Numbered from the stretch's first letter, positions 8,539 to 18,004 are shown. The stretch: DNA of 64,000 nucleotides from an uncultured Eubacteriales bacterium (GCA_900315985.1 ONBD01000002.1:520-64519), one strand, 5' to 3'. Made by a program: numbers and translations. The notes: generated by a model from the letters alone, not told the origin.

Positions 8539-9651
8539 TTATTCAGTCAAAAACATATCGCTTAAAAGCTTTTTTGCTTCAAGCGCAGAGAAGCCTGCGG
8601 GCGAATTGGTAAAATTCTTAACGCTCTGCCAGCCCTCGCAGTAGGAGTCAATCTGCTCTTCTGTCATTTTTATTTCGGACAAATCAACAAGTGAATTTAT
8701 AATCTTTTCAAATTCTATTGTGCTCACGCCGAGAGCTGAGAGATATTCCATAGCAAGCTCGCTTTTGAATTCCAACGCTCTTTTTACGAAGCTCGGCAGA
8801 AATGCGGCGCAGGCAAAGCCGTGCGGCATTCCGAAATCCTCTGTGAGCTTATAGCCTAATGTGTGCGGGTAGCATGTACCCGTGAGATTTAACGCCATAC
8901 CTGCAACTATTGAAGCGTAGTACAAATCGTCACGCATTTTGTCTGTGGGGACTGCCTGATTTTCATAAAAGAATTTAATGCCCTTCCACAGCTCGGGAAT
9001 TGCCTTTTTGGCATACATTTCCGAAACGCCGTTGCACTTGTTTGAAAACAGACTTTCGGTTGCGTGTGAAAATGCGTCTATTGCAGTTGATACGGTGAAT
9101 TCATATGGCACGGAATATGTATAAGACGGGTCTGCATAGGCTATTTTTGCATAATAAGCCTTGCCGCTTACGCTTTTCTTTTTGCCGTCCTCCTTGGTAA
9201 GCACGGAAACGCCCGTAACCTCACTGCCCGTGCCTGCGGTAGTGCCTACAAGTACAACGGGAAGAGGAGGCAGCATCATAGCCTCTGTGTAAATGTCGTC
9301 AGGTTCAAGGTGCTTGTTTGAGGCGTAAACCGCCACAGCCTTTGCGGCGTCAAGCTGACTTCCTCCGCCTATGCCTATTATAAATTCCGAAAAATAATCC
9401 CTTGCAACCTGACCTGCCCTGTGGCAGTCGGATGTCTTTGGATTCTGCGTTATTTCGTCAAACACCGTGTACTTAATTTCAAGCTCGTCAAGCGCTTTTG
9501 TAACATCAGCCAACGCTCCGCTTAACTGTGCCGAGTTTTGACCGCATACTATAAGGCAGCTTTTGCCTAAAAGAGCAAGCTCGTCCTTGTGCTGTGAAAC
9601 TGCGTCTTTGCCGCCGATTACATTGACAGGCATATAGAAACCGTAAGTCAT
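8539..9651 (-). CDS. Iron-containing (group III) alcohol dehydrogenase
   Basis: Motifs IIGIGGGSQLDAAKAVA, GTTAGTGSEVT and the histidine-containing C-terminal half. ATG 9651 follows SD GAGGTG; the track start 9669 is upstream of the SD. Confidence 0.85.
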   Translation of the reverse strand: MTYGFYMPVNVIGGKDAVSQHKDELALLGKSCLIVCGQNSAQLSGALADVTKALDELEIKYTVFDEITQNPKTSDCHRAGQVARDYFSEFIIGIGGGSQLDAAKAVAVYASNKHLEPDDIYTEAMMLPPLPVVLVGTTAGTGSEVTGVSVLTKEDGKKKSVSGKAYYAKIAYADPSYTYSVPYEFTVSTAIDAFSHATESLFSNKCNGVSEMYAKKAIPELWKGIKFFYENQAVPTDKMRDDLYYASIVAGMALNLTGTCYPHTLGYKLTEDFGMPHGFACAAFLPSFVKRALEFKSELAMEYLSALGVSTIEFEKIINSLVDLSEIKMTEEQIDSYCEGWQSVKNFTNSPAGFSALEAKKLLSDMFLTE

Positions 9652-9727
9652 AATTTTCACCTCAAACACATTTTAACATACTTCCAATATTTTTTACAAC
9701 TATATGTTGTTATTTTTATAACAATTC

Positions 9728-9756
9728 TTGAATATAATGTAGAATTATAGTATAAT
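9728..9756 (+). promoter_or_regulatory. Sigma-A-type promoter upstream of apbE
   Basis: TTGAAT (9728-9733), 17-nt spacer, TATAAT (9751-9756), 36 nt before the apbE ATG. Confidence 0.5.
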
Positions 9757-9791
9757 ATCAGCATATAATGCGGTAAAATGGGGGTGTAGGT

Positions 9792-10835
9792 ATGAAATTC
9801 AAAAAATGCACCTCCTTAATCTGCGCTGTTACGGCATTTTGTCTTGTGTTCAGTGCTTGCCGCATGAGTGAAAAAACGGTCGCAGTAAGCTCCGACACAG
9901 TTGCCATGGGCAGTGTTGTCAGCATTACAAGCTACACTTATGACGAGGCTTCGGGCAGACAGCTCAACAGCGAAATAATAAAGCAGATTCAGGCTCTTGA
10001 CAGACTTATTTCAAAAAATGACGAGGCGGCTGAGCTTTACAAGCTGAATTCAGCTTCGGGCGAAGCCGTAACTGTTGACAAAGAGCTGTACGGCTACATT
10101 GAAAATACCGTAAAGCTGTTTTCAAAGTCCGAGGGTAAGCTCTCGGCTTCAAGCGGAGCGCTTACAGAGCTTTGGGGCATTGACACCGACAGCTTCAGAC
10201 TGCCGACAGATGACGAAATCAAAAATGCTCTGCCGTTATGTAATGATGATTTACTTGTGCTTGACGGCGGGAATTACAGCGTAAAGCTTGCAGACGGGCA
10301 GAAGCTTAATTTAGGTGCAGTCGGCAAGGGAATTGCCTGCGACAAGGCGGCTGAGTGGTTAACGCTCTCCTCCCAGGCTTCACAGGGCTTGGTAATTTCA
10401 GTCGGCGGCAGTGTTGCGGTTACAGGCTCCCGTGGCGACGGCAAGCCGTGGAAGATAGGCGTTAGAAATCCCTTCGGCACGCAAAATGATTATTTTGCAA
10501 AGCTAAGTATTGAAAATAACGGCTTTGTTTCAACCTCGGGCAGCTATGAAAAAAGCTTTGAAATTGACGGCAAAAGTTACCATCATATATTGGACCTTAC
10601 AACAGGTTATCCCGTTGAAACCGAGCTTGTCGGCGTAACTGTTCTGGCGCCTTCCGGCTTTTTAAGCGATGCGCTTTCGACCCTGTGCTTTTCTTTGGGC
10701 GAGGAGGCTTCGCAGAAGCTGTTAAGTGAATATTCGGCTCAGGCCGTTTTTGTTTACGGCGACAAAACCGTGTCAGTAACCGAAGGTCTTGCAGACTCTT
10801 TGGAAATAACCGACAGGGAGTTTACAGTCAGATGA
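9792..10835 (+). CDS. apbE: FAD:protein FMN transferase (ApbE family) lipoprotein
   Basis: Lipobox FSAC. ApbE-like core (MGSVVSIT..., NLGAVGKGIACDKAAEWL, SGSYEKSF..HHILD..TGYP). Located directly upstream of rnf, whose RnfG/RnfD need covalent FMN. Confidence 0.85.
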   Translation: MKFKKCTSLICAVTAFCLVFSACRMSEKTVAVSSDTVAMGSVVSITSYTYDEASGRQLNSEIIKQIQALDRLISKNDEAAELYKLNSASGEAVTVDKELYGYIENTVKLFSKSEGKLSASSGALTELWGIDTDSFRLPTDDEIKNALPLCNDDLLVLDGGNYSVKLADGQKLNLGAVGKGIACDKAAEWLTLSSQASQGLVISVGGSVAVTGSRGDGKPWKIGVRNPFGTQNDYFAKLSIENNGFVSTSGSYEKSFEIDGKSYHHILDLTTGYPVETELVGVTVLAPSGFLSDALSTLCFSLGEEASQKLLSEYSAQAVFVYGDKTVSVTEGLADSLEITDREFTVR

Positions 10836-11209
10836 ATACCGACAGAAAGCTTATTACAAAAAAAGACGCCGTTGTTATTTTAATACTTATAATAATTGCA
10901 TTGGCTGCGTTGCTTTTAATTCGTCTTAACTCAGGCAACGCTGTCACGGCGACGGTTACGGTAAACGGCGAGGTGGTTAAGGTAATTAACCTTACCGAAG
11001 CGGAGAATGAAACAATTACACTTGACAACGGAATTGAAATACTTGTAGAAAACGGCAAAATCGGATTTCTAAACAGCGGCTGTCCCGACAAAATCTGTAT
11101 TAAAAGCGGCATGCTCTCACATTCGGGTGAGGCGGCGGCATGCCTGCCGTACAGAACTGTTATAAGCCTTGAGGGCGCAGACGGTCAGGTTGACACACTT
11201 ACATATTAG
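10832..11209 (+). CDS. NusG domain II-containing small membrane-anchored protein
   Basis: 125 aa, one N-terminal TM. The motif CPDKICIKSGMLSHSGEAAACLPYRTVI is typical of this family. ATGA overlap with apbE. Confidence 0.7.
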   Translation: MNTDRKLITKKDAVVILILIIIALAALLLIRLNSGNAVTATVTVNGEVVKVINLTEAENETITLDNGIEILVENGKIGFLNSGCPDKICIKSGMLSHSGEAAACLPYRTVISLEGADGQVDTLTY

Positions 11210-11210
11210 T

Positions 11211-11738
11211 ATGAAAAAATCTACATATAAAACTGCATTATTCGGTATGCTGTCCGCTGTGGCGGTTGTGCTGTCATATCTTGAAAGCCTTATTCCGACA
11301 ACTGCGTTTATGCCTGTAGGCGTAAAGGCAGGCTTTTCAAATATTGCCACTATGTTTGCGGCGTCGGCTATGGGTTTTGTGCCTGCAATGGCAATTACCG
11401 TTATAAAAGCTCTTTTTGCAGGCGTTACAAGAGGTGTGACTGCAATGCTTATGAGCTTTTGCGGCGGAGCACTGAGCACGGTTGCAATGTTTATTTTGTT
11501 TAAATACTTCAAAAAAATGGGTTATTTGCTTATAGGCATTATTTCCGCATTGACGCACAATCTCGGTCAGCTTATAGCCTGCGCCGTTTTAGTGCAGTCA
11601 GGGTCGGTTATAGGCTATGCGCCTGTGTTAATTATCAGCGGAATAATCACCGGAGCTATTACAGGCTCAATATTAAAGGCGGTTATTCCTGCGTTATTAA
11701 AGATAAATGAAAAAGCAAGCTTTAAAGGAGGAAATTAA
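11211..11738 (+). CDS. Gx transporter family protein (heptaprenyl-diphosphate-synthase-component-I-like membrane protein)
   Basis: About 5 TM segments; N-terminal ...AVAVVLSYLESLIP motif. ATG 11211 chosen because the track extension from 11169 overlaps the preceding gene. Confidence 0.7.
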   Translation: MKKSTYKTALFGMLSAVAVVLSYLESLIPTTAFMPVGVKAGFSNIATMFAASAMGFVPAMAITVIKALFAGVTRGVTAMLMSFCGGALSTVAMFILFKYFKKMGYLLIGIISALTHNLGQLIACAVLVQSGSVIGYAPVLIISGIITGAITGSILKAVIPALLKINEKASFKGGN

Positions 11739-13076
11739 ATGCACTCTTCTCAGATAATAAAGCCTGTTAAGAAGGTAAAGGGCGGTGTTATGGTACCCCA
11801 CAGCAAGAACACCAAGGATATGCCCGTCAACAGACTGCCTGCTCCCGAGCTGGTATGCCTGCCGATGAGTCAGCATATAGGTGCGCCTTGTCAGCCCGTT
11901 GTAAAGGTTGGGGATACCGTTAAGGTCGGTCAGCTTATAGGGGACAGCGACAAGTACATCTCAGCGCCCATACACGCTTCTGTTTCAGGTAAGGTAACTG
12001 CTATCAAGGAAATGAGAACGGCTACGGGATTGGTTTCGCAGGCTGTTTTCATTGAAAATGACGGTGAAATGGCGGAGTATGAAGATTTGAAAGCTCCGAA
12101 AATTGACACCCGAGAGGAATTCATAAAGGCTGTAAGGGATTCAGGTCTTGTAGGCTTGGGCGGCGCAGGCTTCCCGACGCATGTCAAGCTTAATTTCAAG
12201 CCCGACGCAGGCATTGACACGCTTATCATCAATGCCGCAGAATGTGAGCCTTACATTACAGTCGACTACCGTGAATGTGTTGACAATTCATGGCATGTAT
12301 TCAACGGAATACATCTTGTCAAGGATATGCTCGGCTTCAAAAAGGTAATTATTGCCGTTGAGGACAACAAGCCCGAGGCAATTAAAATACTTGAAAGAAT
12401 TGCGGAAAAGGATGACGAAAAAAACGAAATCAAGCTTATGCCTCTTAAGTCCAAATATCCGCAGGGCGCAGAAAAAATGATGGTGCTTTCGGCTACTGGC
12501 AGAAAGGTACCGCCCGGAAAACTTCCCGCAGATGTCGGCTGTGTGGTTATGAATGTCGCTTCAGCCGCATTTATAGCAAGGTATGTAAGAAAAGGCAGAC
12601 CGCTTGTCAGCCGTTCGCTTACGGTTGACGGCTCGGCAGTTGCAAATCCGCAGAATGTCAGAGTACCGATAGGCACCGAAATTGAATACATAATTCAGTC
12701 CTGCGGCGGCTACAAGGAGGACCCCGTTAAAATTGTTACCGGCGGACCTATGATGGGTGCGGCAATAGTTGACACGGCGCATCCCATTTTAAAGAGCAAC
12801 AATGCAATTCTTGTACTCGGTAAGGATGACATAAGCGTCAAGAGAGAAACGGACTGTATCCGTTGCGGAAGATGTAAAAAGGCTTGTCCTCTTAATCTTA
12901 TGCCCACGGTTATCGAGAGATATGCAAGAAGCAGGGATGTTGCCGCTTTACAGCATTTCGGCACAATGGTTTGTATGGAATGCGGCTCCTGCGCATACTC
13001 ATGCCCCGCAGGCAGACCGCTTGTTCAGTATATGAGAAACGCAAAGGCTATTATCAGAGAGGAGGCACAAAAATGA
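11739..13076 (+). CDS. rnfC: Rnf complex subunit C
   Basis: 445 aa. GLVGLGGAGFPTHVKL, ECEPYIT, and two CxxCxxCxxxCP ferredoxin motifs (CIRCGRCKKACP, CMECGSCAYSCP). SD AAAGGAGG. Confidence 0.95.
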   Translation: MHSSQIIKPVKKVKGGVMVPHSKNTKDMPVNRLPAPELVCLPMSQHIGAPCQPVVKVGDTVKVGQLIGDSDKYISAPIHASVSGKVTAIKEMRTATGLVSQAVFIENDGEMAEYEDLKAPKIDTREEFIKAVRDSGLVGLGGAGFPTHVKLNFKPDAGIDTLIINAAECEPYITVDYRECVDNSWHVFNGIHLVKDMLGFKKVIIAVEDNKPEAIKILERIAEKDDEKNEIKLMPLKSKYPQGAEKMMVLSATGRKVPPGKLPADVGCVVMNVASAAFIARYVRKGRPLVSRSLTVDGSAVANPQNVRVPIGTEIEYIIQSCGGYKEDPVKIVTGGPMMGAAIVDTAHPILKSNNAILVLGKDDISVKRETDCIRCGRCKKACPLNLMPTVIERYARSRDVAALQHFGTMVCMECGSCAYSCPAGRPLVQYMRNAKAIIREEAQK

Positions 13077-14098
13077 GTGAAGAAAACAAAAAGCTCTTAA
13101 CCGTCAGTGCTTCACCGCACAGACGCACTCAGGACACTACCACGGGAATAATGCTTGATGTTATCATAGCTCTTGTTCCTGCATTGGTGCTTTCGGTAGT
13201 GCTTTTCGGCTTCCGTTCGCTTGCAGTTATTGCAGTAAGCGTTGTTTCCTGCGTGGTATTTGAATACATATGCCGCAAGGTTATGAAGCGCAATAACACG
13301 CTTGGCGACCTGTCCGCTATTGTAACGGGTATACTTTTAGCGTTTAACCTGCCCTCGTCAATGCCGCTGTGGATGGTAGTTATAGGCGATGCGGTTGCAA
13401 TTATTGTAGTAAAGCAATTCTTCGGCGGTATCGGTCAGAATTTCGTAAACCCTGCGCTTGTCGGCAGAATTGTACTAATGATGTCCTTCCCGACTTACAC
13501 AAACAGCTTCCCCACCCCGTTTGCATGGCGTATTGAGGAGCTTGACGCAGTAACAAGCGCAACACCGCTTGCACAGTTTGCAGGTAATTATTCTATTGAC
13601 TCTGCATTGAGCGTTATGAACAGCGCAGAGCTTCCCTCACTTGCACAGATGTTCTTCGGCATAAGAGGCGGCTGCTTGGGCGAAACCTGTGCGGCGGCGC
13701 TTATTGTCGGCGGACTTTACCTGATAGTAAGAAAGGTTATTACCCCAACCATTCCGCTGTTTTATGTGGGTACGGTTGCAGTGGCAATGCTTATTGCAGG
13801 CTCGGGCAATATTTCATTCGTTGCCTATCAGCTGCTTTCCGGCGGACTTCTGCTGGGTGCCATCTTTATGGCAACAGACTACACAACAAGCCCTCTCGGC
13901 TTCAAGGGCAAGGTTATATTTGCAGTAGGCTGCGGTATTATTACCTCGCTTATAAGAATTTTCGGTTCACTCCCCGAGGGCGTATCCTTCTCAATTATTC
14001 TTATGAATATTCTTGTGCCTCATATTGAGTCGCTCACTTCTTCAAAGCCTTTCGGTACCGTTAAGGAAAAGAAGAGCAAGAAAGAGGAGGTGGCATAA
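13073..14098 (+). CDS. rnfD: Rnf complex subunit D
   Basis: Polytopic membrane protein with SASPH and the FMATDYTTSP flavinylation-region motif. ATG 13073 forms an ATGA overlap with the rnfC stop. Confidence 0.9.
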   Translation: MSEENKKLLTVSASPHRRTQDTTTGIMLDVIIALVPALVLSVVLFGFRSLAVIAVSVVSCVVFEYICRKVMKRNNTLGDLSAIVTGILLAFNLPSSMPLWMVVIGDAVAIIVVKQFFGGIGQNFVNPALVGRIVLMMSFPTYTNSFPTPFAWRIEELDAVTSATPLAQFAGNYSIDSALSVMNSAELPSLAQMFFGIRGGCLGETCAAALIVGGLYLIVRKVITPTIPLFYVGTVAVAMLIAGSGNISFVAYQLLSGGLLLGAIFMATDYTTSPLGFKGKVIFAVGCGIITSLIRIFGSLPEGVSFSIILMNILVPHIESLTSSKPFGTVKEKKSKKEEVA

Positions 14099-14676
14099 TG
14101 AAAAATTCAGTAGTTAAGGAAATTGTAATTCCTGCCATTTCGCTTTTGCTTATTTGCATTGTTGCCACGGCTCTTTTAGGCTTTACAAATCAGATTACTG
14201 CCCCTAAAATCGAGCAGCTTGCAATAGAAACTCAGATGAAGGCTAAGCAGGAGGTTTTAAGCTCTGCTTCGGAATTCTCTGAAGAAAAAACGGTTTCGCT
14301 TGACGGCGTAGATTACGCTTATTACGAGGGAACGGCAAACGGCGAAAAGGTCGGCTTTGTATTTGCAACTTCCGCAAAGGGCTACGGCGGCGACATTAAA
14401 ATTATGGTCGGCATTGATAATACGGGCGCAGTAACGGGCGTTTCAATACTTGAAATTGAAGAAACTGCAGGTCTTGGTATGAATGCCAAAAACGAATCGT
14501 TCTTAAGCCAGTATACAGGCAAAAGCAATACGCTTTCCGTAATCAAGAACGGCGAAAAGGGCGAAAACGATATTCAGGCGCTCACAGGCGCAACAATCAC
14601 ATCAAACGCAATGACAAAGGCTGTGAATATTGCCTTGGATTTATATAAAGAGGTAGGAGGTGAGAGCGTTGGCTGA
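14098..14676 (+). CDS. rnfG: Rnf complex subunit G (FMN-binding)
   Basis: N-terminal anchor, GYGGDIKIMVGID and LTGATITSNA (FMN-attachment motif). Confidence 0.9.
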   Translation: MKNSVVKEIVIPAISLLLICIVATALLGFTNQITAPKIEQLAIETQMKAKQEVLSSASEFSEEKTVSLDGVDYAYYEGTANGEKVGFVFATSAKGYGGDIKIMVGIDNTGAVTGVSILEIEETAGLGMNAKNESFLSQYTGKSNTLSVIKNGEKGENDIQALTGATITSNAMTKAVNIALDLYKEVGGESVG

Positions 14677-15433
14677 AAAGAAAAGCTTAGGTCAGGAATT
14701 TACAAAGGGCATAATTAAAGAAAATCCCGTTTTAAGACTTGTCTTGGGTACTTGCCCGACGCTCGCAACAACAACCTCTATGGAGAGCGCAATAGGAATG
14801 GGTATTTCGGCGGCAATAGTTCTTGTCTGCTCAAATATTGTTATTTCAGCACTTCGCAAGGTTATTCCGCAGAAGGTAAGAATTCCATGCTACATAGTTG
14901 TCATAGCGGCATTCGTTACAATAGTTCAGATGCTTGTCAAGGCATTTGTTCCCACGCTTGACGAACAGCTCGGCGTTTATCTTCCGCTTATAGTTGTTAA
15001 CTGCATAATCCTCGGCAGAGCAGAAGCATTTGCAGGTAAAAACAGCATTGTGGCTTCTGCAGTTGACGGCTTGGGTATGGGCGTCGGCTTTACGGTTGCT
15101 CTTATAGTAATGAGCGCAGTCAGAGAGCTTCTCGGCGCAGGCTCGCTCTTAGGACACAGCATTTTACCCGCATCAATACCGCCGATGACAATATTCATTT
15201 TAGCTCCCGGCGGCTTCTTCGTATTCGGTCTTATAATGGCTTGTGCAAACAAGCTTGCTGAGATGGGCGGCGGCAAAAAGGCTAAGCTTTCAGGTTGTGA
15301 GGCTTGTCCTATGGCTGAGAGCTGTGCAAAGCTTCACGGCGGTGAGGCCTGCGAAACGGCTGAAAATGCTGAAACTGCTCAGGCAGAAGCAACACCCGTT
15401 GAAACGGCAGAAGTAAAGGAGGCGGCTGAATAA
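14660..15433 (+). CDS. rnfE: Rnf complex subunit E with a C-terminal Cys-rich, acidic extension
   Basis: RnfE/NqrD-type core (LGTCPTLA, LPLIVVNCIILGRAEAF) plus an approx 55-aa tail, GCEACPMAESCAKLHGGEACETAENAE... Confidence 0.9.
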   Translation: MRALAEKKSLGQEFTKGIIKENPVLRLVLGTCPTLATTTSMESAIGMGISAAIVLVCSNIVISALRKVIPQKVRIPCYIVVIAAFVTIVQMLVKAFVPTLDEQLGVYLPLIVVNCIILGRAEAFAGKNSIVASAVDGLGMGVGFTVALIVMSAVRELLGAGSLLGHSILPASIPPMTIFILAPGGFFVFGLIMACANKLAEMGGGKKAKLSGCEACPMAESCAKLHGGEACETAENAETAQAEATPVETAEVKEAAE

Positions 15434-16020
15434 TGAAAATATTTTTTGCTATACTTTTAACTGCAATCCTTACAAATAACTACATACTTTCAAAGTTTTT
15501 GGGAATTTGTCCTTTCCTCGGCGTTTCCAAAAAGCTTAATACGGCGGTAGGTATGAGTGCGGCGGTTATATTTGTTATGCTGCTCGCCTCGGCTGTTACA
15601 TTCCCGTTAAATACCTTCCTTGACAATCACAACTTAGGTTATTTACAGACAATAGTATTTATACTTGTTATAGCGGCTCTTGTTCAGCTTGTTGAAATAG
15701 TACTGAGAAAATACATTCCCGCACTTTACAATTCATTGGGAATTTATCTTCCGCTTATCACAACAAACTGTGCAGTTCTCGGCGTAACAATTCTTAACAT
15801 TGACAACGGCTACACCTTTGCAGAGGCTATGGTTAATTCACTCGGCGCAGGTCTCGGCTTTATGGTAGCTATGGTTATGTTTGCAGGCGTGCGCTCAAAG
15901 CTTGAAACCTGCGAAGTACCGAAATTCCTTGAGGGACTTCCCATAACGCTTATAGCCGCAAGCCTTACCTCGCTGTCCTTCCTCGGCTTTACGGGACTTG
16001 TTGAGAATATGTTTGCTTAA
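15433..16020 (+). CDS. rnfA: Rnf complex subunit A
   Basis: 195-aa polytopic protein (NNYILSKFLGICPFLGVS, LPLITTNCAVLG). ATGA-type junction with rnfE. Confidence 0.9.
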   Translation: MKIFFAILLTAILTNNYILSKFLGICPFLGVSKKLNTAVGMSAAVIFVMLLASAVTFPLNTFLDNHNLGYLQTIVFILVIAALVQLVEIVLRKYIPALYNSLGIYLPLITTNCAVLGVTILNIDNGYTFAEAMVNSLGAGLGFMVAMVMFAGVRSKLETCEVPKFLEGLPITLIAASLTSLSFLGFTGLVENMFA

Positions 16021-16035
16021 GGGGGGGCAGTGAGT

Positions 16036-16842
16036 ATGAATCCAATTTTATTAGCGGTTTTACTTGTTGCCGCCATCGGACTTATAGCAGGCGTAGGACT
16101 TTCCGTTGCATCTGTAGTAATGGCAGTGCCCAAGGACGAAACGGCTGAAAAAATCAGAGAGTGCCTTCCCGGCGCTAACTGCGGCGCATGCGGCTTCTCG
16201 GGTTGCGACGGTTATGCGGCGGCTCTTTCAAAGGGAGAGGCAACGGCTACAAATCTTTGCGCCCCCGGCGGCAATGATGTTGCAAAAGAGGTTGCGGCAA
16301 TTCTCGGTGTTGAGGCAGGCTCAATAAAGCCTATGGCTGCGGTTGTTCACTGCAACGGCACTACCGAAAATTCAAAGAAAAAACTTGAGTACAAGGGCGT
16401 AATGAGCTGTAAAATGGCTTCTCAGCTTTTCGGCGGACCGAAGGAATGTGTATACGGCTGTATAGGCTACGGCGACTGTGTAAATGTTTGTCAGTACGGT
16501 GCTATAAGCATTGTCGACAGCGTTGCAAGGGTTAACCCTCTTGTATGTACGGCTTGCCAGCAGTGCATAAAGATTTGTCCCAAGGGACTTATCGAGCTTG
16601 TGCCTCTTTATGAAACAAAGGCTGTTGTTACCTGTAAAAATCATAACAAGGGCGCATTTACAAGAAAAGAGTGTTCGGTAGGCTGTATCGGCTGTATGAA
16701 ATGCCAGAAGGTCTGCGAGCATGATGCAATCAAGGTTGAAAACAACACCGCACATGTTGACTACGAAAAATGCGTAGGCTGCGGCAAGTGCGAAGAGGGT
16801 TGTCCGACAAAGGCAATTCACATCAAAACTTTAGGTTGCTGA
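16036..16842 (+). CDS. rnfB: Rnf complex subunit B (polyferredoxin)
   Basis: N-terminal TM, CGACGFSGCDGYA motif, then several CxxCxxCxxxCP clusters. ATG 16036 is 8 nt after a G-rich SD. Confidence 0.9.
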   Translation: MNPILLAVLLVAAIGLIAGVGLSVASVVMAVPKDETAEKIRECLPGANCGACGFSGCDGYAAALSKGEATATNLCAPGGNDVAKEVAAILGVEAGSIKPMAAVVHCNGTTENSKKKLEYKGVMSCKMASQLFGGPKECVYGCIGYGDCVNVCQYGAISIVDSVARVNPLVCTACQQCIKICPKGLIELVPLYETKAVVTCKNHNKGAFTRKECSVGCIGCMKCQKVCEHDAIKVENNTAHVDYEKCVGCGKCEEGCPTKAIHIKTLGC

Positions 16843-16857
16843 TTTATTTATAATTTT

Positions 16858-16890
16858 ACAGGCAGGCGGTAAGCCTGCCTGTATTTTTTT
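16858..16890 (+). terminator. Intrinsic terminator of the rnf operon
   Basis: ACAGGCAGGC-GGTAA-GCCTGCCTGT followed by ATTTTTTT. Confidence 0.85.
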
Positions 16891-16927
16891 GCGCTTTTGG
16901 CTGTAAATAAAATAAAAAATTAAAAAT

Positions 16928-17001
16928 TTAACGAAAAACATTAAAAAATATTTGACAAACATAAAATGTGTGATATAATCAAGTTAACGATAAACATTAA
17001 A
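16928..17001 (+). promoter_or_regulatory. Promoter flanked by two 18-nt direct repeats (putative operator pair)
   Basis: TTAACGAAAAACATTAAA (16928-16945) and TTAACGATAAACATTAAA (16984-17001) are 17/18 identical. They bracket TTGACA (16952-16957), a 16-nt spacer and TATAAT (16974-16979). Confidence 0.55.
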
Positions 17002-17026
17002 CAATTTATTTTTGGAGGTAATCGTT

Positions 17027-17737
17027 ATGAAAAACAAAGGCATTAAAGGAATCAACACCGCAGGACTGATAGGCTATATTATTTCAGTTCTTCTGAGTAT
17101 TGCCGTTATAGCTACAATGGTAATTACAGGCATAGGCACCGCCGGCGCAATAGCAATAGCCGACAAGGAAATTAAGGTGAATATGTCAACGGCTATTGAT
17201 ATAAGCTCAACAGGTGATTTCCTCGGAACACTCAATAAGTTTATGAAGGTCGGCGAGGTTGAAAATCTTGAGGATATCATCACCGAGGACGGAAAAACCG
17301 TAAAGGTAGATGACAGCGATTTGTCAGAAGTCAGCGCATACAAAACAGAGAACGGCTTTTTGGTAAATGCAAAAACAAACGAAAAGGTTTTTACAATTAA
17401 AAATATAATTGTAAATTTAGTTGCGACCTTTATTTTCCTTCTCACAGTCGAAATTGCAGTTCACTTCCTTGCAAGTCTTATGAAAGCTCTCAGAAAATGC
17501 GAAACGCCCTTCTGTGAGAGCGTAATCAAGAGTATGTCCCGTTTTGCGATTTCGCTTATTCCTGCAGTATTTATGAATATGGTATGCGGCGGAATGTGGT
17601 CATCACTCTTCAGCGGTTCAGGCTTTGCCATGACTGTCAATCTCGGCAGTGTACTGCTTGTAGCTGTAATATTCCTGCTTATCGCAGTATTCAAGTACGG
17701 CGCACTTCTTCAGCAGGAATCCGACGAAACACTTTAA
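17027..17737 (+). CDS. DUF2975-like membrane protein
   Basis: Four hydrophobic segments. Followed by a small YozG-like HTH gene, the standard DUF2975 pairing. ATG 17027 is 7 nt after SD GGAGGT. Confidence 0.65.
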   Translation: MKNKGIKGINTAGLIGYIISVLLSIAVIATMVITGIGTAGAIAIADKEIKVNMSTAIDISSTGDFLGTLNKFMKVGEVENLEDIITEDGKTVKVDDSDLSEVSAYKTENGFLVNAKTNEKVFTIKNIIVNLVATFIFLLTVEIAVHFLASLMKALRKCETPFCESVIKSMSRFAISLIPAVFMNMVCGGMWSSLFSGSGFAMTVNLGSVLLVAVIFLLIAVFKYGALLQQESDETL

Positions 17738-17755
17738 ACTTTAAGAGGTGAGATT

Positions 17756-17962
17756 ATGGGAAAAATAATATTAAGACTTGACAGAGTCATGGCAGACAGA
17801 AAAATAGGACTTAATGAGCTTTCCGAAAAGGTCGGAGTTGCAAATGTGAATTTGTCGAAGATTAAAAACGGGCATATCAGCGCAATAAGGTTTTCAACTC
17901 TCGAAGCATTGTGCGAGGTGCTGAATTGCCAACCCGGAGATATAATGGAGTACGAAGAATAA
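17756..17962 (+). CDS. Small XRE/Cro-type HTH transcriptional regulator (YozG-like)
   Basis: 68 aa; LDRVMADRKIGLNELSEKVGVANVNLSKIKNG...ISAIRFSTLEALCEVLNCQPGDIMEY. Confidence 0.85.
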   Translation: MGKIILRLDRVMADRKIGLNELSEKVGVANVNLSKIKNGHISAIRFSTLEALCEVLNCQPGDIMEYEE

Positions 17963-17975
17963 TGGAATATAAGCT

Positions 17976-18004
17976 CACGCCCCGAAGCATTGCTTCGGGG
18001 CGTG
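17976..18004. terminator. Hairpin between convergent units (HTH gene on + and small peptide gene on -)
   Basis: CACGCCCCGAAGCA-T-TGCTTCGGGGCGTG, a 14-bp GC-rich stem, followed by GTTTTA on the + strand. Confidence 0.7.

Noticed and set aside
11930-12964. Several 70-140-aa minus-strand ORFs inside rnfC
   Set aside because: They are antisense to a gene with unmistakable RnfC motifs. Long antisense ORFs are expected in this codon-biased, moderately GC-rich gene.
12971-13072. 34-codon N-terminal extension of rnfD proposed by the ORF track
   Set aside because: It lies entirely inside rnfC. ATG 13073 gives the usual ATGA stop/start coupling and a normal RnfD N-terminus.
16372-16821. 149-aa minus-strand ORF
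   Set aside because: It is antisense to rnfB (polyferredoxin motifs on the + strand). It has no SD and a Cys/Ala/Phe-rich nonsense composition.
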